Origin: Oopsacas minuta
Taxonomy: Eukaryota > Animalia > Porifera
Direction of reading: 5' to 3'
Length of the DNA stretch: 64,000 bases
Assembly: GCA_024704765.1 (NCBI GenBank)
Contig: JAKMXF010000244.1
Location: 487,905 to 551,904 of the forward strand
Each line of letters starts with the position of its first letter. The first letter of the stretch is position 1. A program made the translations under genes and the position numbers. The notes beneath the pieces were generated by a model. That model was given only the letters and a program-made list of their open reading frames with translations, searched no databases and was not told the origin of the DNA. Below, in pieces: positions 28,101 to 43,100 of the stretch.

Positions 28101-31100
28101 TGTACGCCCTCTCAGCTCTATAACTATAAGGTTGTTAATCTGTCCTAAATATTATAAATATTCGAAGCTATTTGTTCGGGCCTGGTCATTTTGACCCACC
28201 ATTAAATAAAATAAGTCGATGTATAATTTTCGAATTCATAGGTCTTCAATTATCATTAGTGCATTCTTGTGTACCTTTTGTCGTGTTTAGAAAGCTTATA
28301 ATACTAAAGCATTATGTTAGCATCCTTAATAAATGTATTCACTTAGTGGTAACGGCTGGTAACTATATGCTCCATTACCTTGAATGGTCAGGACAGAATC
28401 TCCGAAATCGATATTTCATCAAATTTGAAGTAATAATTTTGAAAAGTCAGATGACTACAGCCAACAGTGATAATTTCTATAGATCCCCAAGAGTTTTAGT
28501 AACATTGAGAATAGTTTCAGAGATATCACTAATATCTATGATTCGGTATGGTTAAGTAAATTGAATTGATTATGAAAACTCTAATATGCATTTTAGAAAA
28601 TTGAATTTTATCATTCGTAAAGTGTATGCCATAATTCATTGAGTTGAAGACCTATTATAACAAATACTCAGAATTCTATGAAATGAAGCATTCTGAGAAT
28701 AAATATAATGAAGCCTAAAGATTTTTAACATGTCAAAAATCCTTCTTTTTCTGCCGATTTTCCCACCGTGTAATCATTTACAATATATTAGGCACAATAT
28801 AATCAAAACATGTAATATTCTTATCATAGTTGAAAGTACTTTGGTCAGGATGGGTGGAAAACCCAAATAGATATCATGAAATTGTAAATAATATATGGCT
28901 GTTGAATACTTACAGTAGAGTCTCGTTATTACGAACACGGTTAAGGTGTATTCCGGATAAGGAGTATAAATTGGTACACTTTATCTGTCCCTTTTGATAC
29001 CTTTTCAATGTAAATTAGTTCGGATAATACGCACTCCGGATAAGGAGTACAAATTTTGGCAGTCCCCTGGTGTGCGTACTAATGAGAGTCTACTGTATGT
29101 TATCTGCAGCACAAAGATATCGTGCAGCAACCGAGGAAGCGAGAAGTCCTAGTATAGCAAATTTTCAAGAAGCTAACTACAATACTATGCTTTTTCTTTG
29201 TAACACATGATGCATTTGGGGTCAAATTTTAATCAAATATTTCTTTGTAACTAAGGTAGCGCTCAGCAAAGCCAAAATAAGAGCCATAGCCAAATATCTT
29301 CAGACATGAGATATCAACAACAAAACCTTATATTGAGACTACCTCGAATTTAGGGATGATATTTCATCCTAGATATTATGGTGAATATACAAGGAAGGAG
29401 CCTAACTGGAAGAGGACACGAAGTTGGGTTCTCCTATTACAAAAGTGCCATTGGAGAAAACCGAACCTGCTGTCTCAGAAATGGCTCGAAATCCTGAATA
29501 AAATAAAAAGAGCTAGTTGAGGCACTAAATAAAGGCATATTGATAAAAATAGCTTTTGGTATACCATAGGTACCTGGGTGAACCAAAAATGTAATATCTG
29601 GTTAAGGGTTATCCATGTATGTGAACTCATAGAATAGTTCAAAAAGTAATCTAATTGATATGCCGAAAAAGCTTGGCCCCCGCGAAAAACGATGTCGCCA
29701 GACTTAGCCTCTCCGTTCACCAATTCCTGGAGCCGCCATTGTCGGTATTTAGTACCAACAAATTCCTACACGAGTAATATGAAAAAGAAAATTGGATTTT
29801 ATGAACCAGCATATTCACTAGAAACAAGCGTATTCATAAAAAAAATAAAAAAGCTTGTAGCTAGTTCACAGAATATATTACTGAAATGACTACTAGACGG
29901 GTCAATACGGATTAACAACATAAAATAGTATATATTGTTTAGTCTTTAAATGCATTGGAGGATCATACTAAACTTTATAAACAGATCAGAGAAAGGGAAG
30001 TTTAAAACTTCAGGGATCAAAAACTTGGTGTCCAATAGAAATCCCCGATGCTGTAAATATTGGTTAGTGCATTTGTTTGTTTTCAAATGATTGTTTTATC
30101 ATATTCGTGTTAAGATTCAAATTTCCAGCCGTTTGGTGTATACATATTGACATTTTGGAACATTTTTCCAAAGTAACCCAAATTTTTCTGGGAATGCGAC
30201 AACATTCCATTCACTAAATGTGTCCGATCTATATCGAGTGACCCCTGGTTCGATACCCCTAGGCTAATTGAGTCTATTTATACACATATTAATCTTCGAG
30301 TATATATTTTAACACGATTATAATAGATTATGCTCTGCGGCATACTAAGTTGAATATAATTCTTTGCAAATTTCTCCCAGAAACATGATTTTCTCGTATA
30401 TGTATGTGAGAAATATAATCATAATTGTATCACGGGCTACGAAACTAAAGCCTATTTACGGTATTTAATCATGGAATATTTCAAATTTATGAAATTTGAA
30501 TTACAATAATCTTTCTATCGATAAAACAAAAATTTTGGCTCTGGAAAATATATTATTGATATAGAAGTCATATTATCCAACTATTCTTAATTTGAAATGA
30601 CGTCATTATCATGGTCAAAAAGGCAATATACTGGTAAAAATAGTCAATTTTTAAAGATCTGATAAACGATTACTAATGCGCCTTTGATTTCTTTGATAAT
30701 AAAATGAATTAAGGATATTTATACATAATTTAAAAATTTTTGTAGTCATCATAGTCACATAACTGTATTATATTAGATACTTTAGATGATACCTATTTGT
30801 TAAAATATACTAATAACGATAGTAGCTAGAGTAGTTTTCAAATCAGTCCAACTAATATGTACTAAATACCCAACTGCCCATATTTGGTGATTGTCAAGAG
30901 CACGCAATAGTGCTTCAAATGTGTTAGACTTGAAGTAATCGAAGATCCAGGAAATTCTAGACTCTAAATGGGGTCTTGATTCGTAGGCTATGCGATAGTA
31001 CAAGATATACATAAGGAGGTATTTAAAGGTATAAGTCCAAGATATTTATGTTGAGTAGATCAGAAATTTGCGATTTGAATCGTCTACTAACAACGCCACA

Positions 31101-34100
31101 AATATAGTATAGTAGAATTATACATCTTGTGGATGGTTATAATCCATATTCTATTAAATGGGAACTCTATACACAGTGTAAAACTATTGCCTATGTTCCC
31201 TCTCACAATGTATAGAGCTCCCAGTTGGTAGAATTTGGATTATTCCGATCCAAATGATTTAAGATCCTGATATTTGTATATTTAGGGCGTAGGTACCAGT
31301 GGCGTGCCCAAGGGAGGGGTCAAGGGGACCATGGCCGCCCCCGAAATATTTTTGATCATGGGTTTTATAAGACTACCAATCAATAATATAGAATTATTCC
31401 AGTTTTTATATTCTACATACTATGAATTAATAAGAGAAATCTAATAAATATTATTTCACTTCAATCATCAAAAACGTCAACAAAACAATATCAATTTTTC
31501 TTTTCTTATTATGCCATTCTACTAATAATATCATCTGGGTGCAGACCAATAATAAGTTCATGGATGGCTCTAGGGGCTAGTCCTGTTAACTTTTCTTCTG
31601 CCATCGTATTCCTTAAATACTTCTTCACACGCTTCAAGGTTGAGAAACTCCTTCCACTGGTTGCAGTAGTGATTGGTAGTGTAGCAAAAATCTGCAGTAT
31701 CCTGAACATGACTGTCATTAAATCTTTGTTACATTCAGCTAAAGTTCCAACAACAGTTTCAGGTATCGGCCCGCCCTTACCTTTTTATCAGCCCAAATAC
31801 ATTGCAAATTTTCAATTGTGCTTGGATTTCTGCAAGGCAGAATGGGAACAACGGCTCTAAAGGTTCCCAAACATTTTATAATTGATGGAAGGGCATTCTG
31901 CATCATTACTTGGAAGGAGATTTTGAAGAGTAAAAACCTTTTCTTTATGTCCAAGAATCTTGTATTAAGTTGATCCACTAACCACTGACAATAGGGAATG
32001 AATATATTTCTTTATAGAAAATCTCTTTGCGACCAATGAATTTAGAGTTAAGTCTTGCTAGACCCCTCGGAAGTGTCACAAAAGAGAAAATTTTGAGCTT
32101 TTGATTTAGCTCTCACAAAAATATTGCTGATAAATTGATCCTCTTGTACGTCGTTTGTAAATATTTCAACCATTTTCTCTATGACAGAACACACGACTAC
32201 CTAATCCAAGTTAGTGACTGTAATTGTTTGGAAACATTCAGTAAAAGTCCACATGGACCTTCTAAAACTGTACAAGAGTAAATGAAGTCAAATGAAGCAC
32301 AAACATGAACTAGCTGATTTGCCTTAGAAGCTGTTTCTCCTCTTGTTACTAGAGTTAGTTCATCCAAAGCTCCAAATATTGCTTCAATAAATTCCATAAA
32401 TACCAATATCGCATCATGTCTCTCAACCCATCTTGTAGCCGCAAGAGTTTTCAATCGTTGGCGTTTCGATTCGGGGCATAAAACTCGGATTGCCTTGCGT
32501 AATCTCTCCTCGCGTAAGGATATCCATAAAAATAGGAGATTATTGAAGTGAGATTAGAAAATGTATTGCCAAGCACAAGAGTATTAGCTTTTCAAATGAC
32601 CAAAAATAAACTATGTAATAAACAATTAGTCTAATGGACCATTGGATACTTTTCACGTAGCAGGACTGTACTCCTTTGACTTGCCCAGAGATTGCACTAA
32701 CCCCGTCCAATCGAAGTCCAATCAAATTTCTCAAATCAAGACCAAAAGATATACAGCATGACATCAATTGAACTTGCAATTCCTTCTCCGGTTAAGTCAG
32801 TTACAGTTACAAAACCAAGAAACTTTTCGTTTAAGATAATAGCACTATAATTCGAGATATTAGTGTCATGTAGCGAACTGATATTGACAACTGTTCATGT
32901 GCTGAAACATCCGCTGATTCGTCAGCCAAAATAGAAAAAGGGACATGTTCATGTACATCAGAAACAATCTTTTCTATAATAATTGATTCACAAAAATTGA
33001 TGTTTTCGTTGTGGATGTTTGGGCTTAAATATTTAGCTTTTGCACCACTAGACATTAGGTGTTCCTTTAATATAGAGTCACAATGGGCTACTAGGGTACA
33101 TTAGGCCCAATTCTTACCTTCAATTTATACCATTTTGAATTATGAATTAGAGTCTAGATATATTCAACAAGCGATATGTAAAGTATTAGATGAAACAGTT
33201 AAGTATTTGTATTTTTGTGGTCAATCAAATGTAGGACTTCATTGCTTTATTCTATGTTGATACATACATTATATAAATGACTGAAGCTATTCCAGTAATC
33301 TGTAGAATTTATGATGCATACTATTGTTCATTTACATGCTTTCCAAGCAAAGTGAGTGCGCTGTATTTGAATCTATCGTTGAATTTCTTCAGGACCCAAA
33401 AGATTAATCAGATATTCCGTATACAATACTGTGAAAATTTTGTAGAAATTTCTCTCGGCCATAAGCCATCCTGTTGGCAGCAAAATTTGTTTCCACTAGT
33501 TTCCACCCTGAATTCTTAGTATGTTATTCTTGCCAAGTAATATAACCAGTATATTCAAAGTACAAATGCCGCTTCATTGCGCAACATATTAAATATTGTC
33601 AATTTCCATTCTCACATCCACGTTGCTATGGTACAATGTAATGTAATTACATGGTAATTTTACACCAATATAACCTAATAATTATTTATATACTGCGTAT
33701 TACGAGGTAGCATACAAGTTCATTAATTTGATAACCTATTAAACCTCTAATTATCAATTTAAAGATGGCTGAAGCATCAAAAGTATCTGAAAGCTCGAAA
33801 ACACGTCTTGACTTGGCTATCATATTAAAGGTTCACGACTATGATATCAATCAAGCAGCAGATGAAGTGGTGCGTATAATAAATCTCGAAGAAGACAAGA
33901 GACATTCTGTATACTCTCTAATGTCTAAAGTAGCATTTAATTTCAGGAAGAGTAAGAAATCTATTGAGAGCTTAATGGTGAGTGGTGGAGTGCAAGTATT
34001 CCATGGATCCTTGTCAAACCTAAGAGTACCCAATCATTCCTTTCCGTTTCAGGCTGTGATGTAGAAAGCGGTGTTATATTGGTTCCAAATGTAGAGAGGA

Positions 34101-37100
34101 GAAAATCAATTGATGACATTCAAGTTCGTTCAAAGAAGATAAGCTAGGGTGCGACCCGTGCGGGCTTTATTGTAAATCACGGCTCCGGGCTTTTTTCCAC
34201 GGGCCGCGGGCACAAAACGGGCTGAAAAGAGTCAAAAAGAACAATTTTACAGATGATGAATATACTTTAATTATAGAATTAGGTCATGAAATTATTACTA
34301 TTTTAGTATATGTAAGTATCACAAGTATTATAAATGTTATTTTCGTATAATCTAATAATCCTCATAGAGAGGTAGAATCATGTCAGTGTTATCTGTAACT
34401 AACGAAACAATCAAAGTGTTGCATATATATATAAAGTTTCATATATATACTATTTGCGCACACGATTTCCCGCATCTTATAACGCGGAATTTATAGGAAT
34501 TCTCAATTCTTTGAGAATACATTCACGAATTCAGCCAACAGTGCCATAAAATAAACAAATTTCCTAAATCACGGGCTGGTGGAATAAATATGCGGGCCGC
34601 GGGCTTTGATAGCGGGCCACGGACCACGGGCTTTACGGGTCGCACCCTAGAAGACAAGGCTTGATCAGACTGGGATACTTACTTCCATCCGTTAGTTAGT
34701 ACAACTTGAAAATATTTTTATTATTCGGTAAGTTGCTCTCCTCTTGTATATTGTAGCTGTAGAACAAATTGGTTTTAAAGGCATCGCAAATATTGCTTGG
34801 AAAATCTATAATGAAGAATCGATACCAACCCTCAGTAACATAGTTTCACCAGAAAATCAACTTTCTTAGCGTATCAACTTAAGCTGGGGAAAGGAAAATG
34901 GAAAGATCTTAAATATTATCTTTAATCAGAAGGCCTCGTTTTGGCAACTTGGGAAAATTAGTGAAATTAGAAAATCAATTGTTCCAACATTCGACTGGTA
35001 TCCAAATGTTTCCAATCCTATAGAGGTCTATATATCTTACTCATCATATCTAATTTCTCTCTTTGACCGGTTGTTAAAAGAATGTGTACTAAATTTTCCT
35101 GCACCACATTTCTATCCATTAACACTCAAAATCAAGCATGGACTGGATGGTTCTGGATCTCATTCCTCTCCTGGGTTATTGTCAGACTTGAATATTGACC
35201 AATCAAATTATATTGTCTTCATGGTTTCACCCCTTCAGGTAATAGATCGATTCGGGAATGTTCTGTGGGAAAAATAGCCATCCTAACTCCTGTTTTTCCA
35301 ACCAACCAGTAGCACTTATTTGTCAGAAGGAGACTATTGACACTGTGATAGAATTGAGCAAGTTACTAAACTCTGAAATTGTTTCACTAAATGAGGATGG
35401 TTTTGATCACCTAAATGGCCATGTTAAAGTAGAAGTCAAAGCTTCAATGTTTGACGGAAAAACCTTAGTAACAATGACAGGTAAAGGAGGAGCGCCATGT
35501 ATTGCCTGCAAAGCAACCCAAAGTAATATCAATAGTATTACGAAAGTGGTTTGCGGGTTCCTTTAGATTGTTCGATAGAGGATATCAAAGAGACAATCTG
35601 TCAGTTAACCTCTGATGGAAAAGAGCTGATGAGCTACAATACAAAGCAACGGTGTGGGATTACACACGAACCTGCAAGTGGCATTGATGTATTCTTGCAG
35701 CACCTTTACATTCTTGCCTAAGGATTTTAGATTGGTTTTTGAACCTCATCTACCGAATTCCAGCAGGAAAGTCCAAGTGGACTGAAGATCAAATGGTGCA
35801 AGATTATCGAGGTTTAGTATGCAATCGTATCCATGAACTTACGAACTTATTATTCGACCAACCAGGAGGAAGTGGGAACACAAGCACTGGTAACATGGCA
35901 AGAACATTTTTTCATATAAAAAACCGTGTTTTAGGATCGCTTTATCGTTTGTACCAAATGTTTATAAAGATGCTCTGACAGAGATTCACAGGAATCTATC
36001 TGCATTACTCAGAGTTGCTAATAGTAATGAAGTTGTCGATGTAGAGAGATTTCGTGTGTTAAGTCAAGAAACCTACATACTAATCTTACAAACATTTCCC
36101 TGGGTATCTATTAGCAATACACTCCACAAATTCTTGGCTCATGCCCATCAGTTTATTGAGAGAAATGACAGGGTAGGATTGTGTAGTCTTTCTGAAGAAG
36201 GGTTAGAACAAGGACATAAGTTGATCCGAGAGTTCTCAACACATTTGAGCAGGAAATCAGATTTTCTAAGTGGGTTAAGTGATGGTACAATGAGGCTCTA
36301 CATCTATGGTTGTCCAATTCTGAATGAAAAATTCAGAAGGATCATCATTTGTTCCACCTGTGGTCAAGTAGGCCATCAAAATAATTGTGTAAAAAACAGG
36401 CAAGGTGAAAACGCTACAAATAATATTGATAATGAAGATTCTCTCCTTCAAAATTCCATAGATGAACTCTTCTTGCATTTAACATTAATTCATCAGTAAG
36501 ACATTCGTATGTTAGTTATTCTTCAGTTACCATAGCCATAATATATTCATATTCTATTTCTTTTAATTAATCTCAGTTTAGTGTATATCTAGATTTCTGT
36601 ATTACTATATGGTAATTAAGATTACGTCATATATTGAAAACCTGATGTGATACAACAAAATTGAAATCAACAAAAGAACCGCAATAGTCGACTTACTATA
36701 CAGTAATAATGTATTTTATAAGCCTATCTCTAAAATTGAACGCGTAAAACCCTAATACTAAGAATTCGCAATAATAGCCCACTGTGTCAAGTATCCCGCT
36801 CTTAAACGTAAACGAAGTGCAGCACGAAAATTTCCGTCGTTTTCATTTGGTTCTGCAATGTTTAATTTTGCAGATTCTCCCATATGTCCACGGAAGGCTA
36901 ATTCCTGCTGATCAAGAAAGATAATAGTTTCTATTATAGACACAAGTCTATCATGATCAGTTTGTTTCCATTGCATTTGCTGTTGGTTTAGTTAGTCACG
37001 AATATCCAACCCATAAGCCTCAGTCATCCGCTTGAAAGTTTCGTTTTTGACACAACAATCTTTATGGTAAGCAAGCTAACTATGAGTGTTAAATGTATTT

Positions 37101-40100
37101 ATGGCCATTTGTAGCTGATGAATGGAGAAATTACAAAGGATCTTACTTTTTGCATTCCTCCTTTACCCACTTGCTCATTGTTCCTATCTAAAAACATTAC
37201 ACATATTTTACAAAATGCGCACGATAAGTATTCAGAATAAGCGAACCATGGGAAAAGAGTTAACCAGCTACCGTTGAAATACCTTTTCCTACTTCCATCA
37301 GTAATAGGTGGATAAGTATAATTTCCGTTTGGGGTCCAACAGTTAATTAATTTCTAGACGAAGTTCTTCATTCACTAATTGGTTTCATAGACAAATAGTC
37401 CAATATCCAAGTGATGTGGATGCGAATATTGGGTTCTATATTAATAGAAGTGGCAATATCCTGGTCTGAATGATTGAAAGAGATGTCTTCTGTTGTAGTT
37501 ATTGATATCTCCAATTCGTTTTCAGAAAGCGTTTCATTTTCAACCACTGTTTGTTTCGAAAGAAAAAAATCAAAAGTATCCGCGGAACGTTTAGCCATTA
37601 TGGGTAGATTATATGAATTATGGAATCAACCCATTTATATATATATATAAAATATGTATTATGAACCTTAGTGTGAAATAAATCATTAGATGAACAATGG
37701 AAGGTAAATATGAAATTAACAGCTGAACTATTGTCCTAAATATAAGCAGTAGTCCAATGGCTCTAATTTTTCAATGACAAATTATAATTATTGTCATTAA
37801 GAAATCACTTTTTACCCCCCCCATTACCAAATGCTGGGTACGCTACTAGTAGGTATTAGAAGATTCAAATTGAAAATTTTCAGATAAACTAAACATTACT
37901 AACCTGGTCATATACCTTGATCTACATTTAAGTAGATATTATACATTACAAATATATTTCTCACAAATACAAAAGAAGAAAAGATGTTTCAGTGAGGAAT
38001 ATATAAAGAAATAGAAGAAAATTCGGAAGCTGCAGAGGACGATCTAGTAAAATCGTGTGAACTATCGAGGGTTAATCTGTGTATAAATAGATTCGGTCAG
38101 TCAAACGACATCGAACAATGGGTCACTCGATAGAGATTGGACACATTTTTAGAATGGAATGTTGTCACAATCATAAGGAAATATTGGGTTGCTAAGGGAA
38201 AAATACTCCAAATATGGTCAATATTTATACTAAACGGCTGGAAATTTTGAGTCCAGACAAGAATAGAACCATACAAGATTGATATAGAAGCAATCGAATA
38301 CGCTAGCCCACATTTACAATACATCCGATTTCTATTGGACAGCAAGTAATTGTTCTCGGAAATTCCAAACTTCCAGTAGTCAGAATTTCAAAGACCATTG
38401 TTTCCGGAGTTCAGTATGATCCTCCAATACATTTCAAACAATAAAACTAATTGTTGAAAGTTTTTGGGTTGAGGTCATTTTTTTCTGATATTGGTCAGTC
38501 AAATCATAGGATCTAAAATATACAAAGGTAAGAAAGAATACTTACTCAAATTGAGGCGTCATAGGTGAAGTCGCATTGATATTAAAAGGACATAAGATTT
38601 CATTAACTCTACGAAGTATAATATTTGTCTGGAAAAGTCTGAAATTCTTCTCAACGTGGTTTGGGAATTGAGAAGAGTGTAAAAATGAGGCAAAGTTGTC
38701 GCAGGCATCAAGTGCATATTTGAATACTTGTAAATAACTAAATGGCGGCAATTGTTTAGGATCTAGAAAAATAGAGTAAATCCATGATGGTAATTCATGC
38801 TTCAAATGGAAAATAATAATTAGTTGTATAATATCTAATAATCTAAGAAATAGGTAACCTCTAAAAGCGGAGCAACATTGGTCAACTATATTATTTCCAT
38901 AGATTCGATTCGAACTTCTATAAGCGGAGCGGGGAGTAGAAAATGGGGAGCAGGGGCCTCAATAGGCGGCCCGCTGAAAGTTTCAACATCCAACGAGAAG
39001 ACTCTCAAAGACAACAAAAATACAATATAAGCAATTGAATTTTAAGAATTGTGGATATCACAATGAAAATGGTTAAAAACGAATTTAAGAGAGGTAGATA
39101 GATTTGAATAATTTGCTCATTGTTAGGAGAGTCGGTCATTGTGGGTGATAACAATCGAAAGCTAACATCGATCGACTGCTTTCAGGTATTTTAACTTTTC
39201 AAATGTATACCTTTCCAAAATAATTATGAGATTCAATCCCCAGGTGTTCCCGAAAACCATTCTTGTTCATGGACCATAGCTATTATAAGTTTCACTATTT
39301 CAGCTTCTTTGTCTGCTATATAAATTCGATTAAATTCTATGATTTGATCCCTTTTCCTAGTCTCAGCCATGTCCTAGATGGATTCCTCAATTAACAATTT
39401 GATATATATTCAGAGAAAAATATACCTTTTGAATTATTAATCGTTAAAGTAAAAATATTTTATTTATAAATATAAGATTAATAATTGATGCTACCGTTAA
39501 ATTTAGATATCCAATGAATGCATATTATATACAGCACTCGAAGTAACTACAGTTTAACAAATAAATATTCTTAATTACTTTCACCAAAAAGACTATAACC
39601 AATATAAAAATTCTAGAATAGCACAGAGGTGTAGAATATTTTCTCTTTCGAAAGGTGTGAAATTTTGGCAACTTTCCTTTCATAATGTTTTGTTTCAGCA
39701 CAGAAAAAGGTTGACCAGTGCGAAATACTGGCACTGGGGGTCCGATGGATTAGGGGAGGCACACCCGACAAATATCTTCAATTCTTTCTACGCCATAAAT
39801 CACCGTATTTCTATCTAGTTTGGGTTGTATGGCTTTCATGGAGAACAAAATTTAAAATTACAACATGTGCCGACAGCTTAGTCAATTAAATTCAACTTGT
39901 TTAAAAAGTGACACCTGTTAATTGGAGGCACTATGAAAGGTTAGGTTTAATCCAATGCACATAGTGCGACCTTATAAACAAATTGAACATAATAGACTAA
40001 GCTGTGGGCACAGGTGCAATTTTGTACTTTTTCCCCACCCCGCTCGGGTTTCAAATCCATCAAACTATATATTTACAAATGAATATGATTATCCAGCCCT

Positions 40101-43100
40101 TATAATGTTCAATTTGTTTGCAGTAATTATCGGTTGACTAAAAATTATTAATAGAAGGGAATAAGGGAAGAGATGTCATCGGTACAAATTCAAGGGTGCC
40201 AAATTCGTAATCAACGTATTCAATTACCCCCTTATGCTGTTTAGAACAATCTTCTACGATTACACAACTCAACAAGATTTCTCATCAGAGATCACATACA
40301 TTTATCTTAGCATACTTTTGAATGCTGAACTCGAATCTGCAATCAGAATTCTCTAGCACGTCTAGTTATTCTGAAATCCAATATCCATTTTTTCAATAGT
40401 ATAGTATTACCTAGTTACTAAATTGCTATATGAGCATGCCTATTTTGATTCAATTATCTGGAATATAAATGACTTTACTTATTTGAATTCAGCAAATCAA
40501 ATTATAAACATGCATCGTAATTGTAGAACTCATCCCGACAATTTCTGTTACGTTTGTGGTCATTTTTGCGTAAAATCACAAAGACGACCAATAACAAATC
40601 AATTAAAGAACATATACAAATTGTACTTCGAATGTCCACTTGGTGACCAAGACAAGTCGTGGGCACCACATGTTATATGCACTTCTTGTTCAAGTGGACT
40701 ACGTGATTGGTTGAACAAAAGGAAAGTTTCAATGCCATTTGCAATACCCGTGGTCTGGAGGAAACAGAAAAATCACCTTGATGATTGTTACTTTTTCCTT
40801 ATCGACATCACAGGATTCTCAGCCAAGAATAAGCACGCTCTTGTTTACCCAGACTTGGATTCTGCTCGCAGGCCAATTCCACACGACATCTCATTACCAA
40901 TCCCAATTCTCTAGCTACAGCAAATTAAAATCGGGTCTGATATGGTGGAAGATGTTCATGCAGATTCTACAGATGCTAATTATGTCCCGGAAGATGAATT
41001 ACTAGAGCCACAAACATTTCCACAGGGAGAATTGAATGACCTGGTCAGGAATCTAGACTTATCTAAAGACAAAGCTGAACTCCTTGCATCCAGGCTCAAA
41101 CAGAAAAACCTACTCGACAAAGATGTCGACAACACAACAAGCATTGGCGTTTATCTCTGATTATGCAGCCTTCTCAATGATGAAAAAGTTCATTGAAACT
41201 TCCGAATTGTGTAACGAGTGTGTCCTTTTCTTGACTCAAGATAAAATTGTACTGGTTGAGGATATTCCACCTCTTTTCGAATTGATTCAGCTGTCTGATC
41301 TTGGTAGATTAAAGTGGCCTTCGACAACTGTTTGATACATAGTTATTACTCTTTGGAAAATATTCACCGGAATAAACAGAACCCGACCATGTCGAGTCAC
41401 TTTGTTGCTTCTAACTCCCGCTCAATACTAGTTGAGCTGGCTCTGTTAAAACTTGAGAGCGAAGAAAACGATGAAGTGGAATATGAGTGTTCACAATGTA
41501 ATGTAACCGGGAGAGAGATGTTACATTCTATGCTAATGACAACCAGCAATTGCTTTCTTAATAATAAAGCAAAAAAATCAAAAATCCATACCCCATACCC
41601 ATTTGGAAATGAATATAGTAAAGCTTAATTCAAAGCAATCTCATCATTTATTAGTATTCTTATATATTTATATTGTTGTATTACATGTACTTTAGTATCT
41701 AATCTGTTGTGGAGATAATAACTACTATTAATCAGTGAATTTATAAATTTGAAATTAATACAACTCGACTCCCAGTTATCCCTGGTTTATTAGAGTGAAT
41801 AGGCCTTATGTATAGTAGGGTGTGGCTCTGTATAAGTTATGTTTCACCTTTGACCAACTTTTGATATGCTAATTATGTGTTGTTCTGATCATAATACTTG
41901 TACATAAGCAGCTATTCAGCACCGCAACTTCCATCCGTAGATTACACAAATTACTGTAAAGGTTATGATTTTCCATGTTGTCATGTGTTCGAAAAGTATT
42001 TCCTAGGTGTTATTTGTACTTCTTGGCCTTGAGAATTGGCGGGTTTCCTTGAACACCCCTACAAGTTGCTAAGTAGGTTGAGAAATCGCTAAGAAGGTGA
42101 TTTAATCGGAATATTAGGGGATTATCACTAGAGTGAATTTATCAGAGAATATGAGCATTTCTAACTTACTATTTGGATAGCAGTTGTGGAATTTCATTTC
42201 ATAATCGTTAGATATGGGCCTTCATAGTGGGCTGGAAAAATGTTCCACCAGTTCCGAAATTCACGAGAACCAAAAAAAATTGATTGGATTGTACAAATGA
42301 TAACCAAATTTGACGACATAACTATAATTAATTACTTACTATCAATAACACATTTATTCGTGCCAAATGTACAAATATTTTATATATAGAATTGCCTATC
42401 AAATTAAATAGATTTGAAGTAATCTATGGGTGAATACCGTGAATAGGCTATAGTTTCATAGGCTGTGATGGAACTGGTATCTGCTGAGGATCCTGTATTA
42501 ACGTCGGTATCACGGATGGCCCAAACAATGTCAAGTACACCCATCACTTAATTCAGGATGATATATTGGGCTCCGTGGCAGCGGAAGACATCGTCCGAGA
42601 AATCAAAGAATCGGGTGTATCTTCCCTGTAAGCTGACGAAACGAAGGATTTAGCAAAAGTAAAACAGCTGTCGTTATGCCTGCGATACGTGAAGGATGGG
42701 CAGATCAAGGAACGATTAATTTAGTTCACAGCATGCAGTGATCTAACCGCCTTGAGATTGTGCGACGTCATCCTTAACACTTTCCGCGACAATGCTGTGC
42801 CAATTGATCAATGTGTTGTTGTATTACGACGCTGTCCTGTAATGAGCGCCACTTGTCTGGTGTTGAAGAGCACTTCAAAGAGCATTGCCCTGGAAAGATA
42901 TGCGAAGTGGCTTGTGCGATCGGACGGATAAAGGTATGTTCGCAGTGTTGCAACGGATGCACAACTTATGTCTATAACTGTAGTTCACACTAGGGTTGTT
43001 GCTGTCAGAAGACAATCCTGCTCTAAATCGCATTAATTTCATGGAGTGGAAATTTCCGATAATAGATTAGTATCTTTCTATTTTCTTTTAATAGTTTTTA

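Larger units (their letters stand above)
31297..37848 (-). mobile_element. hAT element (ZMYM1/DUF4371-type), interrupted by Transib-3
   Basis: TIRs cagtggcgtgccca / tgggtacgctacta; 8-bp TSD gtaggtac / gtaggtat. The transposase LRLRAG|YSILKEHLMSSGAKAKYLSP is split exactly at the Transib ends. Confidence 0.92.

Noticed and set aside
30245-30262. tRNA/SINE B-box-like GGTTCGATACCC
   Set aside because: There is no A-box or cloverleaf, it is part of the dispersed repeat, and the other copy lacks the motif.
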